NCBI GenBank assembly: GCA_030390025.1
Contig: CM059429.1
Location: forward strand, 138,012,001 to 138,076,000
DNA length: 64,000 nt
Direction of reading: 5' to 3'
Source: Squalus acanthias
Taxonomy: Eukaryota
This document shows positions 25,001 to 37,000 of this stretch, piece by piece. The notes below the pieces were generated by a model that was given only the letters and a program-made list of their open reading frames with translations, was not told the DNA's origin and ran no database searches. How positions within the stretch are numbered: the first letter of the stretch is position 1; every line of letters begins with the position of its first letter. Both the position numbers and the translations under genes were made by a program.

Positions 25001-28000
25001 GACTCCACTTCAAAAGTACTTCATTGGCTGTAAAGCGCTTGGAGACGTCCGGTGGTCGTGAAAGGCGCTATATAAATGCAAGTCTTTCTTTTTTTTAAAT
25101 TCCATTTCTTGTAAGCATTTCCCCTTGTGGTCTATGCATTCCACCTCCTTAGTATTACTGTTCACCCCCACCCCCACCCCCACCCCCCGCCCCATGCAAT
25201 GAATGTGTGTGTAATACTGGTGGTGCTCTGTGATTCAAAGGGAGATATTGCAGGGACAACCTGCAATAAAGTTATGTTAGCACCAACCAGATTACTTGGG
25301 ACAGAAAGAAAGTGCAATGTTGGTTTATATGGGAAATGGGTTTTAGCATTCTGAATCCATTTCCTAACGGAAATGCTTCTGCAGCACCAAACTCCTTTGA
25401 ATTCAGGCTGACCTACTGAAGGAGTCAATGAGAATGACAATTGCTGAACATGGAAATATCATAGTGGTATAGTAATTGGTGCCCTTTTGAGGTTAGAGTT
25501 GGGACAGTACAGAAAGAGCTTTAACCATCTATCTAATTCATATTATTGCTGAGTTGGGAGCCCTTGATGCTGACACTTGGTGGAAAAATGTAAAGCAATT
25601 TTTAGCTTCTCTCACCTTAAATAGCACAAAGTTCACTAAGAACAAATTGCCGATACTTCCCTTTAACAAACCACGAACACGTGGATGCTAGGAATTGCAA
25701 CATCTGTCAGTGATATGTAAATACACTGGGATCATCCACCAGAGAGAAGAGACCTTCATCCTCTCCCTGTTGGCTGGCTATAAATCCAGGCTGCAGAGAT
25801 AAAAATGCCACATAGGTAATTTTAGAATTGTACATGGTGCTACAATATATAACAAATACTTAATTTTCTGGTAATCAGGGGAAAATGCTTTTCATTCCAT
25901 ATTGCAAAATACGAGCTGAGGTTATATATGATATACCAGGCACCTTCTCTGCAGTCTTTCTCATTACCCTTCTACCTATGTTATGCAATCTCTACCATAC
26001 ACCAATGATAACTAAGAGTCAAAAACAAGCTACTTTTCAGAAATATATTTTTTGAAAAAAGTTGGACCGATGTTTGATAGTGTATCAATTCTGAGGTTCT
26101 GCTGATGTTCACAAACCTCTTGATCTTTATTATGTTAACTAACATGTTTGATTAAACCCAGAGTTTATATCTCTCTGCCAAACATTCATGGCCTCCATGT
26201 ATTTCTCACCTTAACACTAGCTTTTGTCGTTTCACAGAAGCCAACCTCAATGTGGTAATCAGCAGTAATACTACTGAGGTTTTGGAAGGCGATTTTCTTC
26301 AGTTTGTCTGTGATGTTCATTCAGTAACTGCAGGCTATGGTCAGCTCTCTATTACCTGGCAGTTCATAAACAAACAGTCCCAAAACAGTGATATCATTGG
26401 AATGAACAAGGATGGGATTCAGGCTACTTATCAGCCCTACCATGAGCGTGTCATTAACAGCACTATCAGAATGACAAGAGTGAGATCAGATTCCTTCACA
26501 TTGGGTATTTATAATGCGCTGATGACAGATGAAGGACAGTATGCTTGCACAGTGAGGGAATGGGCAGCAGAGTCTAACGGAAACCGGCAGCTAATCGGAG
26601 AGTACGTCAGCAACAATAAGGCAGTGACTATCAAATCCCTTGGTAAGCAATTCCATATTGAATATCTATGGTACTTTACTTCAATGTAAACAATTGCAGG
26701 GCTCTCAGTTGGATCGTGTTTTTAATAGGGTGGTCCTTATTCTATTGTAGATAGCCAAGGCATAGCATACTGCATTGAAAAATGGGACTTCATTACTTTC
26801 ACTTATTTTACTGCAGGCTTAATTAATGAAGTGGATTGTGGGCAGAAAATTACCAAGTTTTTTCTTCGCTTTTTTATTTAGTTTAAAAAAACCCTCTCTG
26901 CATCTCTTTGTTCCATATACCATTCCCAACTGAGTAATTGGGCAGGTGACTCGTGGCCAACTGCTAAGGGAGTGTGTGAGAGTTTGTGGGGGGGTCAATG
27001 CCCCTCTGACTTTCCCACATGTCATTGAAAAAAATGCCGAGCATCCAGCTGTGGTCTCTTCAGCTCTGTATGGCTAAGATGGGAAATCTATCATGTGGGG
27101 AATCGTGGTGTATCTTACCATCCTGTGACTCAGAGTGCTGGAGCCCCAAATTATTGAGCCGCCATGTCGCTCTGTATAGAAAATATATTCAAATTGAACA
27201 AATTAAAAGAAGAAAAAACCTCAAATGCAGAAAATCGGAAATAAAAATAGAAAATGATAGAAATACACAACAGGCCAATTACAGCATCTGTAAAGAGAAA
27301 ATGTTTGGGGATAAAATCCCAAAATATTAATCTGTCTTTTCTCTTTACAGATGCTAGGTATTGCGTGCATCTCCCGTTTTATATTTGAATTGAATAGATT
27401 ATGGGCTAAATTTTCCGGAACCCTGTGCCACTGATGGAGCCTCACACACAGTGAGAGCTTTAATTGAAGATCACGGACAATGCACCCACAGTTTTCCAAG
27501 ACCCAACTCGTGGCAAGCAATGCTCCTTCTAATTTTTTCGTGCGATGTCCCTTTAACTGGCTGCGTGGCCCATTCAAATTTTCGTGCACGCGCGGTTTCT
27601 TCCATGTAAAAGCTGGTGAGCGGCCTGCGCGGGACCTCCAGACCGCTGCGCAGCCGCGCAGTTTAACGGGAACATTGGTGGCAAACTTGGGACGGATTTG
27701 AACTTGGAGTGGGTTTCTGGTGGAAACCGCTCCACTGGATTGATTTCCCAACTGATTTTAACCAGCATGTCTCATTTAAATACCGCCTGTCCACTTTTGA
27801 CATGTAATGGGCATGAAGAGGGTGCAGAACGAATACTGGCATGTGAAGAGTCACCCGCCGACTTCCAGGTAACTGGCGGGGAGGGGGTTTCGGGATGGTC
27901 TCGTGAGAGGGAAGGGGTGTGGGAGCCTGGGGTAGTGGAGGCCGCAACTTTCCTTGTGGAACCCGGAGAAGCACTCCTGCTTTTCTTGGCCCATCAAAGG

Positions 28001-31000
28001 AAAGTTTTAGAATTATCTAAACAGCCTCTTCTGTCTTCAGACCAGCTGCATATCTGCTTCTGCCTAGAGGGGAAACCATGGTGGCGGTGTTCAAATGGCC
28101 TTTGAATTGGTCAAAAGGGCACTGTTCTGGTCCAGTGAACCCAGACCATACGGTTTCTAGAATATGTGCTAAGGGAACTGACATCACAATACCTTGAACA
28201 ATTTTTGTCCCCTGTGGGAACACCTGTACTATGTCTTACACTGATCTGTATTGAATAGTCTCAGTGGAGTTGGCGATATCCATTAATTTCTCTTTTTAAT
28301 GCTTACAGAAAGCAGCTTTGAAGTTACCGCAATAACCCGGACACCAACCGTGAGATACTATGGTACATTTGAACTCCAGTGTTTCATTAAACCTTTATCC
28401 CTTACCCATGTGCCGGCATCTGTATCCTGGAAATTCCAACCAGCCCATTCTAATGACAGCTACCACCTTGTTACTTTCACCCATGACACTGCGATTGAGT
28501 GGGGGGACAAGGTGGAGAACTTCAAAGGAAAAATGATAGTAGTGAAAACGGCGTCCAATACTGTCCGGTTGAGTGTCTCCAGAGCCAGCAAACTGGAAGC
28601 TGGGAAATTTCTATGTACCGCAGAATTATGGAGAAGACATCATCCAAACCAATGGGTCATGAAAGCCAGAGCAACATCAAACATCCTGGAAGTGAAGGTT
28701 AGACCCCCAGGTAAGTTAACGGAAGGGGTGCTTTTAGAATTTACAGGATCAAAGGTGCATTAAAGTGGCACCCAGGCCATCGTGTGCAGTATATGAGATA
28801 TTAACCTGCCTTCTAAAAAAAAAAGATAGAAATTGAAAATGAAATAATGGCCCCAGTTGGTAAGTGCACTGTGCAGTATGGAAGCAAGCTATGCAGACCA
28901 TAAGGTCCCAATTCCAATTCCGAGTCTGTGCAGTAGGGGAGAAGGGTCTCAGTGGCCCTGGGATAGGGAGGGGGAAAAATCTGCCAGGGTATCTGCTTGT
29001 GATTGTTATCCAGTGAATCTACTGGAAACGTGTATGGACATCAGATGAAGATAGGATCAAGCTCAGCTGTGGTGTCCTCAACTGAAAAATAGCCTGCTAC
29101 CACTCATTGTCTAGGCTCACACATGAAGAGTGGTGCCTTCGGCATGGTACTGGAAAGCCACAGACATCTGTTGAGCCATATCCCACCAGGAGTCCGCACC
29201 TTTGTGAGAGAAGGGGAGAAAATTGAAGCAGAAGAAAGCAAAATATGAATCTGTGAAAAACAAAATAAATTAACTAACTATAAGTAATTACAATGAAATA
29301 GGAAGGTGAGCTATAAATAGATAACAAAACAAACAAGAGGCAATAAAAAGACTATTCCATCATTAGGACGAATCAATCTGTTGCAGTAAGTTGTGGTTGT
29401 TCACATGTAACTAACTATGAATAGGTGCTTGTGAAAATTAGGTTATTTGTATCTGTCGGAGATACTTTAATCCAAAATGTTATTTAAGGGGCTGTATTAT
29501 GTCATTAAGTCCACACTGTTCAGAGCTGCACAAATAGTATTTTTTACCTCTCACCACAATGTCAACATATTGCTAAAAATGCAGTTTTGATGCTTTTGGG
29601 GTGAAATTGAGTATTTTAAAATGTATTGGTGCTCTGTACATGTTCTGCCACTTTACACAGCCCTGATCCTGACATTACAACAAAATGTAGTTAAAGTTGG
29701 CCAGGTCATATTAATGTTGAAATATCTGCAATTTGTGTTTTGGAGCTGCTCTACCTTCATCCGTACCTTCAGAAAATAAAATTGTCATCAATAGAGTAAT
29801 GGGAGAATTAATCAAGAGTAAGGTAACCTGTTTTCTCAACTGATGGATGTATAGAAGTAAGACAGATATAGGGAAGAATTGGATAAAAATTAAGGCGTAA
29901 ATTTACAATAAAAACATCACGCTTGCAAAGGAGGTGAAAGTATGCTGCAAGATCACTAGTGTCATGGGCTCAACTGTGTAACACACTCATCAGTTCTGGT
30001 AGGTCACTCTCCTAAATCATAGATGAGCATATACAACTAAATAGTTAGATATTGACTGATCTGTGTGATGCTTCACCTTGAACCTAAATACTGTAGTACA
30101 AAGAAATACAATGAAATTATTCTGATATACTGTCTTTTCTACTTATGTAGCAAGTCTCTTGAAGCTCACGAAGCAAGTTAAAACCGTACAGAAAAGGATC
30201 AATGACATCACTGAACTTGAATGTAGAATTTCAGCTCAAACTCAAAATGATTCTCAATTCGCAGTCACGTGGCTCTTTACTAAGACACAGGGACCAAATG
30301 TGAAAGGGGAAAATCTTCTGAGCACTGATCGCAATAATATTGTCCAGTACTATGGAGAATTGCTTACCGATACGAAGAAGAAGATGAAATTCCAGGATGA
30401 AAAGACCTCTAATGATATGTACAAGCTGATTATACAGAAAACTGATGTGAGTGACAGCGGAAGTTACTATTGTCATGTAATGGAGTGGCTTTTGGATCCC
30501 AACAACATCTGGTATAAAGTGGGGGAGAATACGTCGGCAATAACAACTGTTCAAGTGCATACGGCAGGTAAACAAGTTTCCTAAATATCTCTCAAAAATT
30601 GCAGGACTGGAACAAATGACAATTTGTTTATTTATTACTATGAGCGGTTTCTTTTCCTGCAACTAAGAGTGATTTGCACTGGAGTGCAAATAATGTGTGG
30701 AACTAGCAGTAGCACAGGCACAATGACCTCTGTGGAGAAAGAGATTGTGATGTGGAGATGCCGGCGTTGGACTGGGGTGGACAAAAATGAGAAGTCGCAC
30801 AACACCAGGTTATAGTCCAACAGATTTATTTAAAATTACAAGCTTTCGGAGCTGTCGCCCCTTCCTCAGGTAGAGTAGCTGTGAGAGAATCTCCCAGAAT
30901 TCACAATATAAACACAGAAAAAATGTATTCAAATCTTTCCCTACATCAAAGACACACTAAGAGCACAGCCAAGACAATGAGATGTGTCCCAGGGGGTCCA

Positions 31001-34000
31001 ACGTGTCAAAACACCTGCTGGCTGCATATCCTCTGCAGTTGAGTTTGGTTCTTGTGTTAGTTTTTTTTTAAAAGGAAAAGCTGGAAAGACCGGCCATGAT
31101 GTCAAGTCATGTTCTGTATCGTGACATGAACCCGATATCGCGATTGAGGCCATCCTCATGAGTGCGGAACTTGGCTATCAGTTTCTGCTCTATGATTTTG
31201 CGCTGTCGTGTATCCCGAAGGCCGCCTTGGAGAACGCTTACCCGCAGATCCGAGGCTGAATGCCCCTGACTGCTGAAGTGTTCCCCGACTGGGAGGCAAC
31301 CCTCCTGCCTGGCGATTGTTGCGCGGTGTCCGTTCATACGTTGTCTCAGTGTCTGCATGGTCTCGCCGATGTACCATGCTCTGGGGCATCCTTTACTGCA
31401 ACGTATCAGGTAGCCAACGTTGGCCGAGTCACATGACTATGTACCATGTACCTGGTGGGTAGTGTCCTCACGTGTGATGATGGTATCTGTGTCCATGATC
31501 TGGCATGTCTTGCAGAGGTTGCCGTGGCAGGGTTGTGTGGTGTCGTGGTTGCTGTTCTCCTGAAAGATGGGTAATCTGCTGCGAACGATGGTACTTTTGA
31601 GGTTAGGCGGCTGCTTGAAGGCGAGTAGTGGAGGCGTGGGGATGGCCTTAGCAAGGTGTTCGTCGTCATCGATGACATGTTGAAGGCTGCGAAGAACATG
31701 GCGTAGTTTTTCCGCTCCGGGGAAGTACTGGACGACGTAGGGTACTCTGTTGGTTGTGTCCCGTGTTCGTCTTCTGAGGAGGTCTATGCGGTTTTTCGCT
31801 GTGGCCCGTCGGAACTGTCGATCGACGAGTCGAGCGTCATATCCCGTTCTTACGAGGGCGTCTTTCAGTGTCCGTAGGTGTCCATCGCGTTCCTCCTCGT
31901 CTGAGCAGATCCTGTGTATTCGCAGGGCTTGTCCTTAGGGGATGGCTTCTTTAACGTGGTTAGGGTGGAAGCTGGAGAAGTGGAGCATCGTGAGGTTGTC
32001 TGTGGGCTTGCAGTAGAGTGAAGTGCTGAGGCGTCCGTCTTTGATGGAGATTCGTGTGTCCAAGAATGAAACCGATTCTGAGGAGTAGTCCATGGTGAGT
32101 TTGATGGTGGGATGGAACCTGTTGATGCTATCGTGTAGTCCTTTCAGTGATCCTTCGCCGTGGGTCCAAAGGAAGAAGATGTCGTCGATGTATCTGGTGT
32201 ACAGCGTTGGTTGGAGGTCCTGTGCAGCGAAGAAGTCTTGCTCGAACTTGTGCATGAAGATGTTGGCGTATTGGGTGCGAATTTGGTCCCCATGGCTGTT
32301 CCGTGTGTTTGGGTAAAAAAGTGGTTGTCGAAGGTGAAGACATTGTGGTCAAGGATGAAGCGGATGAGTTGTAGGATGGCGTCCGGAGATTGGCTGTTGT
32401 TGGTGTTGAGTACTGAGGCTGTCGCAGCGATGCCGTCATTGTGGGGGATATTGGTGTAGAGTGCCGATACGTCCATCGTGACGAGGAGTGTTCCTGGTTC
32501 AACTGGTCCATGGGTGCTGAGTTTCTGCAAGAAGTCTGTAGTGTCACGACAGAAGCTGGGGGTTCCCTGTACGATGGGTTTCAGGATGCCCTCGACGTAC
32601 CCAGAGAGGTTCTCACACAGGGTTCCGTTGCCTGATACGATAGGACGTCCGGGTGTGTTGGCTTTGTGTATCTTTGGGAGGCAGTAAAAGTCTCCTACGC
32701 GGGGAGTACGTGGGATGAGAGCACGTAGGATGTTTTGAAGGTCTGGATCGAAGGTCTTGATCAGTCTATTGAGTTGGCGGGTGTGTTCTTTGGTCGGATC
32801 TGCGGGTAGCTGTCTGTAGTGTTCCTGGTTGTCCAGTTGTCGGTATGCTTCTTTGCAATAGTCCATTCTGTTCTGTATGACGATGGCTCCTCCTTTGTCC
32901 GCTGGTTTGATGACGATGTTGCGGTTGGTCTTGAGAGCGTGGATGGCGTTGCGTTGTGCTCGGGTGACATTCTGGACTGTCTTGTGAGTACGGCTGATGA
33001 ATCTGGCGTTGATGCATTTCCTGACAGCTTGAGCATACATGTCAAGCTTAGGGCAGCGACCCTCCGGAGGGGTCAATTTGACTCTTTCTTCCTCGGTTGT
33101 AGCACTGCGGTTCCCTCTGTCTGCTGTTCCGGATCATTGATTGTCTCATTAGGAATGTTGCTGACATCTTGGGATTTGTGGTAGTATTCCCAGATCCTCA
33201 TTCTCCTGATGAATTCCTCTGTGTCCGCCGCGAGACCGATGGGGTCCATTTTGGTGGTGGGGCAGAACTTGAGCCCTAGGGCGAGAACTTCGATTTCGTC
33301 TGGTTGAAGGGTGTGGTCCGACAGGTTGACGATGGACTTCCCTGTGGTTGCAACCGTGGTACCGGGGGAGGCTTGGTTGCAGCTGGTGGTTACGCCGAGT
33401 TTCTCAAGCTTCCTGTTCTTGATGCGCATGTAGGCAGCGTAGTTCCGTTGCCTCGTCTGTTTGGCGGTGTCTCGTAGCTGGTCTGCTGTGTCCTGAGCAC
33501 AGGCTGAGAGCATGGACTCTATCTTGGTTTCGAGGTTGCGACGTCTGCTGTAGAGCTGGTGTACGAGATGGTTGAGGAGTGTGCGAGAGGTACGACGGCA
33601 AAGTCTCTCAGCGTAGTCTGTGTTGTATGTCGACTTGAGTGGGTTCGTGATCTGTAGTCCTTTCGGAATCTTGTCTGCTTTCTTGCATCTCTGCAGGTAC
33701 TTGATGTCTGTGTCAATATGCGCGATCTTCTTGGCGATTCTCTCCACTTTGAGCCGGCAGTTTGCGGTGTCAAGAGAGGTCATGATGTGGAGATGCCGGC
33801 GTTGGACTGGGGTGGACAAAAATGAGAAGTCGCACAGCACCAGGTTATAGTCCAACAGATTTATTTAAAATTACAAGGTTTCGGAGCTGTCGCCCCTTCC
33901 TCAGGTAGAGTAGCATAGCTTCTAAAGGAGCCATTTTTTGACTTTGCGCTCCTGACTGGAGCTGCTTGGCAGTGGCCTATGCAGTGCATGATTTTTAGGC

Positions 34001-37000
34001 CATTAATTTAAATGGCTGTAAGATCATAAGCATTGCCCATTGGAATTTCCAATATGGGCTCCCAGTGGTCAGAAAATTACCCCGTACGTCTCCAAAATGA
34101 TGAGCCAAGAAATTTAAATGGAGATAAGAAAAATGATATGAAAACAATGGGGGAAAGGGAGGGAAGAACATTAGAAAGAATATAAGAAAATGCCAAAAAT
34201 GAGTTATAAATGGTTTTATGAGTTCGAAAAGGGCATTAGAGCAGAATGTAACAAAGGAGGCTAAGCACAATAATAAAAGTTTTTCATCATCATAGTAGGA
34301 AAAGAATGGTTAAGAAGGAAGTGATGGGCTGGATTTTCCTTTGCTGTACTGTCCAAAATCAGGCTGTATAGCAATGGAAAATAAAGAAAAATCAAGTGAG
34401 GTCGCCTACTGCCACATCCTTGACTCTCACAGCGCCATCCTCGGTTTCCCCAGCTGCAAGGAAGTATGCTGCCTGATCCCAGATTGCCTCACCACACATA
34501 AATGATGGTGGGGAAGCAGGGCCTGGGAACTCACCTGATTTCACTCCCTTTCAGCGCTGCTACGGCTGACCTTGGACCTCCAGATGTGGGATGGTGGTAT
34601 ACTCTGGATCGTAGTGAAGAGCCTGCTGAGGCCCCTCTGGAATGAAAGGGCCCCATAATGGCCACCTCTCCTCTCTCAGGCTCCCACTCAGCCCAGTGTG
34701 AGGCTTAAATGAAAACTTGTAAGCTTATCTTCGGGACTGTTCTGTCTCCTTAAATTCAGGCTTCAGTATTGCTGTATCTTCCACCCTGGCAGTGCCGGGC
34801 TCCCTTTTGCTGGCATGGCTCTTGTGAATCTGCCCTGTATAAATAATGACCTCTGACTCAAGAAAATGGGTCAGGGTAATTGTGACGTTGGGGTGGCAGG
34901 CAGCAGTCTCACCCTGATCATCCCGTGGTCCCTTGCGGAAAATCCCAGCCTAGATCTTTAAAAGATGAAAGCGGTGGAATAATTGAAGGTGAAGGGAAAA
35001 TAGATTAATTACTTAATGGTTACTTCTAAAAGTGTTCACCAGAAAGAAAATACTGTTTGCTATTCAATAACTGTGGTACAACGAATATTACAGAATATTT
35101 TGAAATGAGTGAAGAGAAGGTATTTGATAAGTTAAAAGGAACGAAGACTAACGAAACCCGTCAGTAATATGGTAAATAATTTAGATTGAGAAGGAGACTA
35201 GGGAGGAAACTTGCAGATTACAGTGTTTAAAGGTTTACTGGGTACTAGAGAAGTTCCACAGGATTAGAAGTAAGCAGATGTAGCGCCTATATTTTAAAAA
35301 GGGAGACAAATCTGACCCAGGTAACTAAGGGCCCATTAGACTTACGTTTATACTGGGTAAATTAATGAAAACGATACCAAAGAGTAGATAGGCGGATATA
35401 TACTGTACAGTTTTGTCCCATGAAATGGCAAATCTGCATGTATTGTCCATCCCTGGTTACCTTGAGAAGGTGGTAGTGGGTCTTCTTGAACCACTACAGT
35501 CCGTGCGATGATGGTGCTTCTACGATGGTGTTATTTAGGGAATTTTAGGATTTTGACACAGCAACAATGAAGGGATGGTGACATGTATCCAAGTCCGGAT
35601 ATGTGTGACTTGGAGGGAAACTTGCAGGTGATGGTGCTCCCATGACGTTGCTGCTCTTGTTTTTCTTGGAGGTACTGGTTGCAGGGCTGTCGAACTGATA
35701 GCAAAAAATTTCTTTCTCATTTGCAGCCAGGTATGAGGGACCTCCTTCAATGCAGCCAGCACCTGTGCTTGTACAGGAAGGTAGCTTTCAGCCCCAAATA
35801 GGTCTACCATCCTTTGAAGCACCTCTTGCAGCAGGTCATTCAACACTTCAGTAGCAATTCATGCCCAGTTCGTGTTGGTGTTTATCCTTCACATACGCAG
35901 CAGTGCTAACTCCCATATGCCCATATTGACAGAAAAAATAACTAGCTGCTTGAGTAAGATTAAACTCCAGAGTTCCAGAAGTCAACATTGTGTCTGTTAT
36001 CTCTAAATGTTAGTGAGCTGGTTAGTCTAGTGGGGGGGAATCTGTCCCTAGTTACTTGTTTACTATAGATGAGAAAATATCCATTTTCCTGGAATTTTGG
36101 ATAAATCATTGGTCTGGTGGAGGGAGATCTACTCTCCACTGGCTGTAGTCTACAAATGAGTCTCTTTTCTTAGGAGGCAATGGTAAAGTGCACTGATCAT
36201 TGGATCAACAGATCTTCAAAGCAGAATTTATAGTTAAAACCTGAAGAAAATTATGTTCTAACTTCTTGTACTGTACACATTCTCTCTAAGCTCAACCCCA
36301 ACATGCACTGTAATTTCTATCACTTCAAAGCAGGCCTCACTATATTTCTTTTGTCTTGTGTTGCTTCTGCAGATGCAAACCTACAGCTCAGTAACAATAA
36401 CATAACTCTACCAAGCAGTGACGATGCTGTTGTTGAAATTGAATGCAGTATTATCAACCAGACACAGATGCAATCGCAATTTTCAGTTACATGGTACTTC
36501 CAAGGGGATCCAAAGGCCAAGGAGACAACGCTTCTCAAAACCGATCGCAATAATATCCTACAGTATGATGGAGACTTGCATACAGATCCTCAGAAGAAGA
36601 TGAAATTCCAAAGTGTGAAGGCCTCTAGCAAAACCTACAAGTTGATCATACAGAAGGCAGCACTCAGTGACAGTGGTGTTTACTTTTGCAAAGTGGATGA
36701 ATGGGTCTTGAGCCCCCAAAATGAATGGGTTAGTCAAGGAAGTGCTCGGTCTGGATCAACAACCCTTCGAGTCCAAGCACCAGGTAACATCACCAGAATC
36801 CAACATGTTTTATTAACACATTATTCTCTCTCTTCTGGGACATGATTCCGAACCAGTCTGTATAGAAGTGATGAAGGTCATGTTGGTGTTCAGAGAGATT
36901 TGGGTGTCCTCGTGCAAGAAACACAGAAAGCTAGCATGCAGGTACAGCAAGCAATAAAGAAGGCAAATGGCATGTTAGCCTTTATTGCAAGGGGGTTGGA

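Larger units (their letters stand above)
30748..33914 (-). mobile_element. Near full-length Neptune-type Penelope-like element (family A), ORF disrupted
   Basis: 132-bp direct pLTRs 30748-30879 and 33783-33914. ORF pieces: [56 protein letters not shown] linker, WYIGET (GIY-YIG). Frameshifts near 33075 and 32280, stop at 31935. Confidence 0.93.

Noticed and set aside
33073-33076. UGA recoding (selenocysteine) in the PLE ORF
   Set aside because: The reading continues in another frame (ESN-W-TPPEG), so this is a 1-nt deletion, not an in-frame UGA
31750-33850. Plus-strand ORFs inside the PLE
   Set aside because: Antisense shadows of the minus-strand retroelement ORF
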